Shown here: in pieces, positions 7,629 through 16,368 of the stretch | Numbering within the stretch: the stretch's first letter is position 1 | Layout: each line of letters opens with the position of its first letter | From: a bacterium | GTDB lineage: Bacteria; SZUA-182; DTGQ01; JAFGSM01 | DNA length: 28,513 nt | Direction: 5' to 3' | Assembly (NCBI GenBank): GCA_049472335.1 | Contig: JBLIRO010000064.1 | Span: forward strand, 1-28,513 | Made by a program: the position numbers and the translations under genes | Notes under the pieces: model-generated | Database searches by the model: none | What the model saw: the letters and a program-made list of their open reading frames with translations, nothing else | What the model was told of the DNA's origin: nothing

Positions 7629-9731
7629 TCAATAAATATAAGGATCTGTAATTTCAATTGTGAGTTCGCATCTATCTTCAACATCTTCAAGCAATATCCA
7701 GTATCCTTTGCCAGGTTTTAATTCCTCTGACTCAAGAATCGTTTGATATCCATGCCCCTGATTATAACCATAGATGACCTTGATTTTACAATCATCCACT
7801 GAGGGCTGAGCTGGAAAAGTGCATCCCCCGATCATATGCCATCCCTCTTGTATGGTGAGGTTATACTGATTTACCACTTCGCCGGTTATGGTTAAAGTTT
7901 TTTCTCCATTTAATAATATCCAATATCCGGTTCCAGCCTCCATATCTTCTCCCCTTCTTATACGGACATACCCTTTCTCTTTTTCATAACTATACATCAC
8001 TACTGCATCAGGAAATAATGATGACAAAGAAGCATTTCCCGGTTTAAGAGGAAGTGAAAACATGCTCCATCCGGCAGGAATGCTTATATTTCCGGTGAGA
8101 ATAGTGCCTTGGATATTAGGATCTGAATCGTCCGGATCTCCTGAATATATGGCTGTATGATTATTGAACTCATCCGGGCTACATAGACATTGGCTATTTC
8201 CAGCATCTCCTTGCCAATCATTATCCGCATCTTTATAGTAGATAGTACAACCTTCTGATCCTTCTATATCCATCTGACCGTCACAGTCATTATCTTTTCC
8301 ATCACATAATTCGGATGCTCCAGGGTGTGTGGAAGCATCTTTGTCGTTACAATCCAAATTGTTTTCAACATAGCCTTGAGGACAGATAGATGTTTGAATG
8401 CTCTGGTTAGGATCTCCTCGACCATCGTTATCAAAATCCAGATAGCAGTATTTATCTCCGCCAAATGCCCTTAGCTTGCCGTCATTGCTCCCAATATAAA
8501 CCGTACCGTCGTCTCCAATAGCGGGTGAAGAAAAAACATGACCTCCTGTTTGATATGTATCTTTCAAAGTACCATTCGGGTCAAGGGCATAAACTTTACC
8601 ATCATAATTCCCGGCATAGACCGTACCATCCCCTGCCAAAATGGGAACGAAAGAGTCCGGAAAGCGAAAAATGGTCGGGTATTGGATGTTTGAGTTTAAA
8701 TAAAAAAAGCCTCCCATTCTATAGCTCCACTTAAGAACACCATTCGGATCAAGGGCGTAAACTGTGCCGTAAAACTCATGATCGTACTTACACGGTGGAC
8801 CGAAACAGTTTATACAGCACCCGGCAGATTTCTCACTAATCATATCAGGTTGTATGAAAAATATCGTGCCATCTGTTCCTGCCGCAGGAGAGGAAAAATG
8901 GCTAGCCCCCTTATTGTAACTCCATTTCAGGCTGCCATCTTCGGGATTGAGGGCATAGATTTTATCTAATCCGACATAGACTGTACCATCAACACCTATA
9001 ACCGGTGTTGTATATACACCTGCTCCAACCTCAAAGCTCCAATTTAAACTACCGGCTGCATTTATTGAAAGTAACTTTCCAGTATCACTTCCCACATAGA
9101 TAGTTCCGTCAACATCTATAGCAGGAGAGGAACAGACTCCACCGCCGGTTTGACAGCTCCATTTTAAGCTGCCATCCTGATTTAGTGCATATACATTTCC
9201 ATCATCGCTTCCGGTATAAATCGTACCATCTGTTCCAATGGCAGGAGAAGATCTGACTTTACCCCCTGTAAGGTAGCTCCATTTTGGACTGCCTTCCGGG
9301 TTAAAAGCATAGATCCTATTGTCCTCGCTTCCTACATAGATTATGCCTTCTGAATCTATAGCCGGAGAGGATATTACAGGACCTTCCGTAAGGTAATTCC
9401 ATTTCAGACTACCGTCCGGATTTAGTGCATATAATTTACCATCATAACCTCCCACATAGATCGCACCTTCTACACCTATTGAGGGTGAGGACCAAATTGC
9501 TTTTCCTGTTTGATAGACCCATTTTAAGATAGAATCAGTTTGCATTCCCTCATATGGACTTTGACCGGTACGTTTTGAATCATATCCTTTGCATGGCCAG
9601 GCACTCTCTGCAAGGTTGACTTTTTCGGACGTGTCCGCCGCAAGGCAAATTTGATCTGCTAATAACATTACAAAGACAAGAAAAAAGATAAAAAATAAAG
9701 CCACAAATAATAGAAAAGTGAATTTTTTCAT
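7629..9731 (-). CDS. Secreted PQQ-like 8-blade beta-propeller protein with Asp/Cys-rich putative metal-binding repeats and a C-terminal beta-rich domain
   Basis: MKKF plus hydrophobic signal; eight ~40-aa repeats SSPAIxxDGTIYVGSxDGxxYALNPDGSLKW; YLDFDNDGRGD..DCNDKDASTHPGASELCDGKDNDCDG repeats; two GW..P/GYWI repeats. Start moved from 9749 to the ATG at 9731. Confidence 0.88.
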   Translation of the reverse strand: MKKFTFLLFVALFFIFFLVFVMLLADQICLAADTSEKVNLAESAWPCKGYDSKRTGQSPYEGMQTDSILKWVYQTGKAIWSSPSIGVEGAIYVGGYDGKLYALNPDGSLKWNYLTEGPVISSPAIDSEGIIYVGSEDNRIYAFNPEGSPKWSYLTGGKVRSSPAIGTDGTIYTGSDDGNVYALNQDGSLKWSCQTGGGVCSSPAIDVDGTIYVGSDTGKLLSINAAGSLNWSFEVGAGVYTTPVIGVDGTVYVGLDKIYALNPEDGSLKWSYNKGASHFSSPAAGTDGTIFFIQPDMISEKSAGCCINCFGPPCKYDHEFYGTVYALDPNGVLKWSYRMGGFFYLNSNIQYPTIFRFPDSFVPILAGDGTVYAGNYDGKVYALDPNGTLKDTYQTGGHVFSSPAIGDDGTVYIGSNDGKLRAFGGDKYCYLDFDNDGRGDPNQSIQTSICPQGYVENNLDCNDKDASTHPGASELCDGKDNDCDGQMDIEGSEGCTIYYKDADNDWQGDAGNSQCLCSPDEFNNHTAIYSGDPDDSDPNIQGTILTGNISIPAGWSMFSLPLKPGNASLSSLFPDAVVMYSYEKEKGYVRIRRGEDMEAGTGYWILLNGEKTLTITGEVVNQYNLTIQEGWHMIGGCTFPAQPSVDDCKIKVIYGYNQGHGYQTILESEELKPGKGYWILLEDVEDRCELTIEITDPYIY

Positions 9732-9968
9732 AACCTTCACCCCTTTCACAATTAGATCTTTTAAGCTTTATCGGATAAATAGGTTAATTTGTAAAATAGA
9801 AGTAATTGATATCTTTTTTGTAGCTCAACTCATCATAAAAGATGGATTCATTATTTGATAAGTACTTTTTTATTCAAGATCTAAATTAATAGACGAAAAT
9901 AATATGATTTTTTCCCCCTGGGACTTCTTTAAGAAATAGATTCGAAATTGGGTGATTAGAATTGATGA

Positions 9969-9998
9969 TTGACAGAACAATCCATTGCAGGGTATATT
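9969..9998 (+). promoter_or_regulatory. Probable sigma70 promoter for the trx-ccdA-tlpA operon
   Basis: TTGACA (9969-9974), 18 nt, TATATT (9993-9998). Confidence 0.55.
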
Positions 9999-10068
9999 GA
10001 AAGGGTTATACAATCGCTTAATATAAGTTGGGAGTGCTAAAATTTCAATTGCTTAATGAGGATATTGA

Positions 10069-10383
10069 ATGCCTGAGATAAAACCTTTAGAAGATAAGGA
10101 TTTTGAAGGAGGGACGCTAAAGGATATAGAAAAGATGGTGGTCCTTTTCGAATCTCCGTGGTGCCAGGGGTGTAATGCAATAGAAAGAATGATAGCGGGG
10201 ATGAGTGACGAGGAATCGCAAGGCTGTGTATGGGGCAAGGTAGATATAAGCGTTCATCAGAAACTGGCTCAACGTTATGGCGTCTTGAGCCTTCCCACCC
10301 TTCTTGTTTTCCGTAATGGCAAAGTGGCGGAGCGTATGGCCGGAAGGATCTCTAAAGAAAAACTGCTTAGCAGGATCAGATAA
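10069..10383 (+). CDS. Thioredoxin family protein
   Basis: WCQGC active site, KVDI, LAQRYGVLSLPTLLVFRNGK (cis-Pro loop); no signal peptide. Confidence 0.92.
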   Translation: MPEIKPLEDKDFEGGTLKDIEKMVVLFESPWCQGCNAIERMIAGMSDEESQGCVWGKVDISVHQKLAQRYGVLSLPTLLVFRNGKVAERMAGRISKEKLLSRIR

Positions 10384-10386
10384 ATA

Positions 10387-11091
10387 ATGCAGAATCTGGC
10401 CCAAATTTTGACAGGATATCTCGAGGGTACGATCTTACTTGCATATCCTGTAGTGTTTTTGGGAGGCTTGCTCACTTCCTTCACCCCCTGTGTTTATCCA
10501 ATGATTCCTATCGTTATGGGGTATGTGGGGGGGCAAACAGTAACAACAAAGAAAACGGGATTTTTCCTGTCTATTATATATGTGTCAGGGCTTTCTGTTA
10601 CCTATTCTCTGCTGGGAGCAGTCTCTGCACTGACGGGGAGAATATTTGGTGAGATACAGAGCAGCCCCTGGACATATATAGTGGTCGGAAATATTATACT
10701 TCTCTTCGGATTGGCTATGCTGGAGGTCTTTACTATTCCTTTACCCTCATTTGGTCGCTTTGGTGAAGGACAAAAAAGGGGTGGTATTTTAGGCGCCTTC
10801 GGACTAGGTCTGGCTTCCGGATTTATCGCTGCACCATGCACCGTCCCTATACTGGGTGTTCTGTTGACTTATGTGGCAACAAGGCAGAGTATAATCATAG
10901 GAATCAGCCTGCTTTTTACATATGCTCTGGGTATGGGGACATTGCTGGTTCTATGCGGAACCTTTGCCGGCCTTTTAGCGCACCTGCCCAAATCGGGGCA
11001 CTGGATGGTTGTAATCCAGAGGATTTTTGGATGGTTTATGATCGGCCTGGGGGAGTTTTTTTTAATCAAGGCCGGGCAATTATGGTTTTAA
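10387..11091 (+). CDS. ccdA: Cytochrome c biogenesis protein CcdA (DsbD transmembrane domain)
   Basis: GGLLTSFTPCVYPMIP and AAPCTVPIL Pro-Cys motifs; LPKSGHWM; multiple hydrophobic helices. Confidence 0.92.
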   Translation: MQNLAQILTGYLEGTILLAYPVVFLGGLLTSFTPCVYPMIPIVMGYVGGQTVTTKKTGFFLSIIYVSGLSVTYSLLGAVSALTGRIFGEIQSSPWTYIVVGNIILLFGLAMLEVFTIPLPSFGRFGEGQKRGGILGAFGLGLASGFIAAPCTVPILGVLLTYVATRQSIIIGISLLFTYALGMGTLLVLCGTFAGLLAHLPKSGHWMVVIQRIFGWFMIGLGEFFLIKAGQLWF

Positions 11092-11137
11092 ACAAAATTG
11101 AAATTTATGATTTTATCAGCTATAGTTATGGAAAAGG

Positions 11138-11710
11138 ATGGGAATGATTATGAGATCCATAAAAAGAAATTTTTTAATAACGGTCCTTATCTCTATAATT
11201 CTGGTAATCTCCTTCGGTTGCGAAGATAATACCAAAGCCAGGGATTCGAAAGAAAGCGGGGCAGAATCGGCCAATAGGGATGTTTTGCACAAAGATATTG
11301 AGAAAAGCCTGTTAAAACTTCCGGACTTTTTCTTGAACGATCTTGAAGGTAAAGAGTATAGACTTTCTGACCATGTGGGGGAAAAACCCGTTCTCCTGGT
11401 TTTTTGGACTACCGGCTGTCCTGTCTGTATTAGCGGAATACCAAATTTGAACAACATATTTTTAACCCGTTCAAAAGACCTTGAGCTTATTAGTATAAAT
11501 ATACTTGAATCGAAAAGAACCGTAAGCCGGCTCGTTGACGCAAAAGGTATTAAATATCCCGTGCTGCTTGATCCCCATGGAATAACGGCCAAGAATTATC
11601 GTATCAGGGGTGTACCCACGTTTATCGTGATCGATCTTAAAGGAAGTATGGGTTATTACGGCCATGATTCGTCTGAGGCAATGAGAAAAATTGAAGCATT
11701 GCTGAGTTAA
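11138..11710 (+). CDS. TlpA/ResA-like redoxin, probable lipoprotein
   Basis: PDFFLNDLEGKEYRLSD, LLVFWTTGCPVC, YPVLLD, YRIRGVPT; hydrophobic N-terminus ending SFGC. The real start may be the ATG at 11144 or 11150. Confidence 0.9.
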   Translation: MGMIMRSIKRNFLITVLISIILVISFGCEDNTKARDSKESGAESANRDVLHKDIEKSLLKLPDFFLNDLEGKEYRLSDHVGEKPVLLVFWTTGCPVCISGIPNLNNIFLTRSKDLELISINILESKRTVSRLVDAKGIKYPVLLDPHGITAKNYRIRGVPTFIVIDLKGSMGYYGHDSSEAMRKIEALLS

Positions 11711-11735
11711 AGAGGCCGGTTATGGAGGAGTTATT

Positions 11736-13337
11736 ATGCCTTCAAAGGGACATATAGAGGCCCTTCTCGATCCATCCGTACAGTCTTCTATATTTGACAA
11801 TATGGCTGACGGAGTATGTGTGACCACGAATGGCGTGATTCAGTTTATGAATACTTACTTAATCAAAAAATTTGGTGATTGCACAGGAGAACCCTTTTCA
11901 AAGATTTTTTTAGATCCTCAAGAAACATTGGCAAAATGCAAGGTTGTCCGTTATGAATGGTATTCTCCTAAAAGCCGTCAGACTTTTGATGTAATAAATT
12001 CCCCTTTTAAAAATCGTGACGGAGGTATTTCTATTTTATCTTTATTCAGAGATATAACTGAACAGAAAAGATTGCAAAAACGACTTGAAGGCTATTATTT
12101 AAGGCTTAAGGAGACCAATAAGGAACTTAAACGAGTCAACAAGAAAATATCCACTGCCAATCAAAAGCTGGAGGATTTGTCTGTAAGGGATGAGTTGACA
12201 GGTCTGTATAATCACAGACATTTTTGGGATATTCTTACAGTTGAATTCAAAAGAGCCGTGCGTTATGGAAATCCTCTTTCCTGCCTTATGATAGATATAG
12301 ATTTTTTTAAATCCGTCAATGATCTTGGCACTCATTCATTCGGTGATTTTTGTTTAAGCGAGATAGGCAGTATGATACGTTCTCCGTTAAGGGCAATGGA
12401 TGTCGCGGCAAGATATGGTGGTGAAGAATTCGCCGTTATTCTCCCGTCAACAGATTATGCGGGTGCCAAAACCATTTCCGAAAAGATCAGAGAGAAGATC
12501 GAAGCGAGGCTCTTTAAGAAAGACGGATTCGCTATGAATCTGACTCTCAGTATAGGTGTGTCATCTATGCCTAAAGACAAGGTCGATAATTATCACCGGT
12601 TGGTGGAATTTGCCGATCAGGCCTTATATACCGCAAAGATGCAGGGTAGAAACAGGGTTTGCCTTTATCGCGATCTGAGGCTTAAGGATAAGGAGGTAAG
12701 GTTAGGCCGCGAGAAGGTCTCCGAGATGGGATTTAAGCTTTATAATATAATGGAAGGAGTAAAGAGGGACTACATAGAGGCGACCAAAAATCTTATTCAG
12801 TCTGTGGAATTTAAAGAAAAGTACAGGCAGAATCATTCCCTGCGAGTATCAAGAATTGCCGCAAGACTTGCTGAATCTCTCGATCTAAGCCAGGAACATA
12901 TAAATAGTATCACTTACGCGGCCCTTCTGCATGATCTGGGCCGTCTGGCAATCAATCCGGATATTTTGTCGAAAAAAGGGAAACTCAGTACAGAAGAATT
13001 CGAACTGGTAAAGGAACACCCTGTACTCAGCGCCCAGGTCATCGAACCAATTAGATATTTGCAGGAGGAATTTCATTGTATACTTCATCACCATGAATGG
13101 TACAATGGGTCCGGATATCCAAAAGGATTGATCGGGGAAGAGATCCCTCTGGGGGCCAGGATCTTAACCGTTGCTGACGCCTACGATGCAATGAAATCGC
13201 CAAGACCTTATAGAAATGCATTATCAACAGAAGAGATCAAGCAGGAATTCCTCACCTATTCAGGCGTCCAGTTCGATCCTAATTTGACTCCCCTGATGCT
13301 TCATATAATCGAAGAAGAAAGCTTTTCCCATGCCTGA
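11736..13337 (+). CDS. PAS-like + coiled coil + GGDEF diguanylate cyclase + HD-GYP phosphodiesterase
   Basis: FRDITEQKR PAC end; DELTGLYN, DIDFFKSVND, RAMD (RxxD I-site), RYGGEEF; HSLRV, LHDLG, HHHEWYNGSGYP, VADAYDAM..RPYR; GGAGGAG RBS. Confidence 0.95.
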   Translation: MPSKGHIEALLDPSVQSSIFDNMADGVCVTTNGVIQFMNTYLIKKFGDCTGEPFSKIFLDPQETLAKCKVVRYEWYSPKSRQTFDVINSPFKNRDGGISILSLFRDITEQKRLQKRLEGYYLRLKETNKELKRVNKKISTANQKLEDLSVRDELTGLYNHRHFWDILTVEFKRAVRYGNPLSCLMIDIDFFKSVNDLGTHSFGDFCLSEIGSMIRSPLRAMDVAARYGGEEFAVILPSTDYAGAKTISEKIREKIEARLFKKDGFAMNLTLSIGVSSMPKDKVDNYHRLVEFADQALYTAKMQGRNRVCLYRDLRLKDKEVRLGREKVSEMGFKLYNIMEGVKRDYIEATKNLIQSVEFKEKYRQNHSLRVSRIAARLAESLDLSQEHINSITYAALLHDLGRLAINPDILSKKGKLSTEEFELVKEHPVLSAQVIEPIRYLQEEFHCILHHHEWYNGSGYPKGLIGEEIPLGARILTVADAYDAMKSPRPYRNALSTEEIKQEFLTYSGVQFDPNLTPLMLHIIEEESFSHA

Positions 13338-13428
13338 TGAGATTATGCTTCGCTTTCGCTCTTCTCAATCTTCTGTAGATGTTTATTAACGTATTTAACT
13401 CGAAACATAGATATATGTGGGAGTAATT

Positions 13429-14187
13429 ATGCTTTTAATAGAGGGTTTGGGAGTCAAGGTAAAGGACCGTCAAATACTACACAACATCAACCTTACAATA
13501 AACCCGGGTGAGGTTCATGTCCTTTTCGGACCTAATGGAGCCGGCAAAACCTCTCTTTTAATGACATTAATGGGTTTTTCAGGTTATCAGGTCACCTCGG
13601 GACGAATTGTCTGGAAAGGGGAGGATATTACAAATTTGCCGATCGATGAAAGGTCAAAAAGGGGTATAGGGATCTCTTTCCAGCGTCCACCAACCATTCG
13701 CGGCTTAAAGATGTCGCAATTTCTCGATATATGTAACCAATACGGCCAGGATATAGAACAACTGACTTACGACCTTGGTTTACAGTATCTTATGGAAAGA
13801 GATATTAATGAAGGTTTTTCCGGAGGAGAAATAAAGCGATCCGAGATTCTCCAGTTGATGCTGCAAAAGCCGAAACTCAGCCTGTTGGATGAGCCTGAAT
13901 CCGGAGTGGATCTGGAGAATATAGTTATTTTGGGAGAGGCCATCAACAGGCTGCTGAACAAAAGGATCTCACATCATAGCTCTCAGCCTCCCAAGGAGAT
14001 CAGAGACAAAAGGGAGGAATCCGGACTGATTATAACCCATACGGGTCATATATTAAATTATGTGGACGCGGACGTGGGTCATGTGCTTTATAACGGCGCA
14101 CTCGATTGCGTTGGAAATCCCAGGGAGATCTTGCACTGTCTGGAAGAATTAGGCTATGAGGAGTGTATAAGATGCAAGAGAAATTAA
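13429..14187 (+). CDS. sufC: SufC-like ABC ATPase of a minimal SUF (SMS) system, SmsC
   Basis: GPNGAGKT, GFSGGEIKRSE, LLDEPESGVD, IITH; C-terminal Cys residues LDC...ECIRC. Start at ATG 13429 behind GGGAG. Confidence 0.9.
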   Translation: MLLIEGLGVKVKDRQILHNINLTINPGEVHVLFGPNGAGKTSLLMTLMGFSGYQVTSGRIVWKGEDITNLPIDERSKRGIGISFQRPPTIRGLKMSQFLDICNQYGQDIEQLTYDLGLQYLMERDINEGFSGGEIKRSEILQLMLQKPKLSLLDEPESGVDLENIVILGEAINRLLNKRISHHSSQPPKEIRDKREESGLIITHTGHILNYVDADVGHVLYNGALDCVGNPREILHCLEELGYEECIRCKRN

Positions 14188-15389
14188 AAGAGGCAATATT
14201 GAATGCCAGGGAAAGGCCCGCTCCCTATGGGCCTGATATCGATCTAAGCAAATACAATTCTACAGTACAAGCACACCCCTATTTAGAGGATCTTTGTAAA
14301 TTGGGGCCCGGCGAGAGAGAGGCAATGGAAGGGGCGGGATTGAATATCTCGGGAAATGAAAGATCCGGAAGCTATGTCCTTATGGACAGGTCGATAATAC
14401 ATTGTAATATTGCACAGCCGGGTGTAGAGGTAATGGATATTGGTGAGGCCCAAAAAAAGTATGGAGAAATAAAGGAATACATTTGGCACGTTGTATCCCC
14501 GGATATAGACAAATATACGGCAAATACCTATCTTAATCCCATACAAGGTTATTTTATCCATGTCCTTCCCGGGATTAAGGCCCTATACCCTGTGCAGGCC
14601 TGCCTTTATATGGGCCATGATAAAATGGCTCAATATGTTCATAATGTCATTATTGCCGAGGAAGGGGCGGAGCTGGATATCATAACGGGATGCACAACCG
14701 GGCCAGATCTTAATACAGGGCTGCATGTAGGCGTTTCCGAGTTTTATATAAAGAAGGGGGCAAGGGTTACCTTTACTATGATCCATAACTGGGCGGAAGA
14801 GGTCATAGTCCGCCCGCGAACTGTTGCCGTGATTGAAGAGTCCGGCACATTTATCTCGAATTATGTTTCCATGAAAAGGGTTAAAAGCACCCAGATGTAT
14901 CCCGCTGCTTATTTAAAAGGGGAGGGGGCAACAGCAAGATTCAATAGTATCCTTGTGGCGCCTCCCGGTTCAGATCTGGATGTGGGAGCAAAGGTCTTTC
15001 TGCAGGCAAAGGGTTCCAGGGCAGAGGTAATATCACGGGCCATATCATCTGGGGGCACGATCAGGGCCAGGGGATATCTGATCGGTGAGGTCCCGGATGT
15101 AAAGGCCCACCTGGAATGCAGAGGACTTCTCCTCTCGGAGAAAGGCATCATTCATGCCGTGCCTGAATTGGAGGGTAAGACTGACGGGGTAGATCTGTCT
15201 CATGAGGCAGCGGTCGGAAAGATAGCACAGGATGAGATCGAATATCTTATGGCACGGGGACTTAGCGAAGATGAAGCCACCTCTATTATAGTAAGGGGCT
15301 TTTTAAATATAGAGATCAAGGGCCTGCCGCCCGCCCTTCGTGCGCAAATAGATCGGGCTGTGGAGGAAAGCGAAAAAGACCTTTTCTGA
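14172..15389 (+). CDS. sufB: SufB/SufD family Fe-S scaffold protein (SmsB-like)
   Basis: PVQACL, IITGCT, HVGVSEFY, HLECRGL, LSHEAAVGKI..EIEYLMARGLSEDEA..IVRGFL; overlaps the sufC end; GAGGAG RBS before ATG 14172. Confidence 0.9.
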   Translation: MQEKLKEAILNARERPAPYGPDIDLSKYNSTVQAHPYLEDLCKLGPGEREAMEGAGLNISGNERSGSYVLMDRSIIHCNIAQPGVEVMDIGEAQKKYGEIKEYIWHVVSPDIDKYTANTYLNPIQGYFIHVLPGIKALYPVQACLYMGHDKMAQYVHNVIIAEEGAELDIITGCTTGPDLNTGLHVGVSEFYIKKGARVTFTMIHNWAEEVIVRPRTVAVIEESGTFISNYVSMKRVKSTQMYPAAYLKGEGATARFNSILVAPPGSDLDVGAKVFLQAKGSRAEVISRAISSGGTIRARGYLIGEVPDVKAHLECRGLLLSEKGIIHAVPELEGKTDGVDLSHEAAVGKIAQDEIEYLMARGLSEDEATSIIVRGFLNIEIKGLPPALRAQIDRAVEESEKDLF

Positions 15390-15593
15390 TCTAGAAACCA
15401 ATCTATTTACCTGTTCCTTTGAATTTAAGGCATCAATATAAGTCCACACATTTTTCTTTGTGCGCTCGGTCGATGGCATATTGCAAGGCTTTAGCAAATG
15501 ATCTTATCCATCTGATATACCATTCTGGCAGTTTAGCAAGAAATTTATATTTTTTCAGGATAGCCTGATATCCAAGCAAGAAATTTTATTCAT
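15390..15593 (-). pseudogene. Frameshifted 5' remnant of a long-form integron integrase (N-terminal SAM-like segment)
   Basis: RBS GAGGGTGAT, ATG at 15593. Across frameshifts it reads MN-/NFLLGYQAILKKYKFLAKLPEWYIRWIRSFAKAL/MPSTERTKKNVWTYIDALNSKEQVN/DW. This resembles, from memory, the WY.RW...F...P..ERT...V..F...L....DWQ N-terminus of long IntI proteins. It is divergent from cassette-like genes. Confidence 0.65.
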
Positions 15594-15698
15594 TATATCT
15601 ATCACCCTCTTTGTGACAAATTTTTGTCCTAATAAAAGTTTGTTTCAAAAGAATATTAATTTTTTATAATATTATAAGGCTCCATGTATGAGAGTATA

Positions 15699-15727
15699 TT
15701 GACATAAAAACATAAACTAAATAGAAT
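15699..15727 (+). promoter_or_regulatory. Near-consensus sigma70 promoter facing the cassette-like genes (Pc-like)
   Basis: TTGACA (15699-15704), 17 nt, TAGAAT (15722-15727). Confidence 0.7.
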
Positions 15728-15833
15728 GATTATATAATAATGTCAAGGAATAAGCAGAATTCCAGATGACAAAATATTATTAAATTCCATGTATTATGTT
15801 AGTCCTTACTTCTATCTAATATACGCTAGAAAG

Positions 15834-16241
15834 ATGGATAATAAAGATAAAATAATAGATAAAAATAAAGAACTCCTTGATTTAGTAAAATCATACCATG
15901 ATTATTATGGGACATATCATCATCATAAAGAGATTATGGCTTATTCTGCTACTGGTCTATTTTTAACTGGGTGTTCGTATATATGTTTTAATAAAAATAC
16001 CTATGCTTATCCTATTTCAATAATATTGATAATTTTTATATTGGGCATATTATTAATTTTTTTTATTGTTTGGCAATTAAGGCAAAGATTGTTTGCTGCA
16101 AATATGGTAAGTGCGTGTATAAATTTAATTTCAAAGATCTTAACAAATAATTGGAATGTTTTGGATTTAAATCCTAAAAAATTGAATTTAAATAATACGT
16201 TAGATTATTTTCCTTCTGAACTAGCAAAGGGCAATCCTTGA
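15834..16241 (+). CDS. AT-rich hypothetical membrane protein, probable gene cassette, possibly 3'-truncated
   Basis: YGTYHHHKEIMAY followed by two hydrophobic segments; very AT-rich. ATG 15834 directly follows GCTAGAAAG; the alternative start is 15789. Confidence 0.65.
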   Translation: MDNKDKIIDKNKELLDLVKSYHDYYGTYHHHKEIMAYSATGLFLTGCSYICFNKNTYAYPISIILIIFILGILLIFFIVWQLRQRLFAANMVSACINLISKILTNNWNVLDLNPKKLNLNNTLDYFPSELAKGNP

Positions 16242-16284
16242 AATATAGAATTTTTAAAATTAAAAAAAGAGATTTTAACGAGTC

Positions 16285-16320
16285 CACCTGATTTCACTTA
16301 GCCAGCCTTGATTAGTGAGT
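16285..16320 (+). repeat. 36-nt direct repeat copy 1 (attC-like left-arm remnant)
   Basis: CACCTGATTTCACTTAGCCAGCCTTGATTAGTGAGT, 31/36 identical to 16958-16993; preceded by TTTTAAC at 16273-16279. Confidence 0.85.
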
Positions 16321-16368
16321 GACTTTGTAACATGAGCTTGAAATGGGTGCTTAGAAAGGAAGGAGACA

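Noticed and set aside
8460..9530. ~120-bp nucleotide periodicity as a CRISPR array or DGR template/variable repeat
   Set aside because: Fully explained by in-frame propeller blades; no spacers, no reverse transcriptase, and I saw no adenine-specific mismatch pair
10069..11710. Selenocysteine in the thioredoxin-like proteins
   Set aside because: All active-site codons are TGC/TGT and there is no in-frame TGA
15303..15497. 64-aa minus-strand ORF as an independent gene
   Set aside because: Its first half is one frame of the putative integrase remnant and the rest is antisense to sufB
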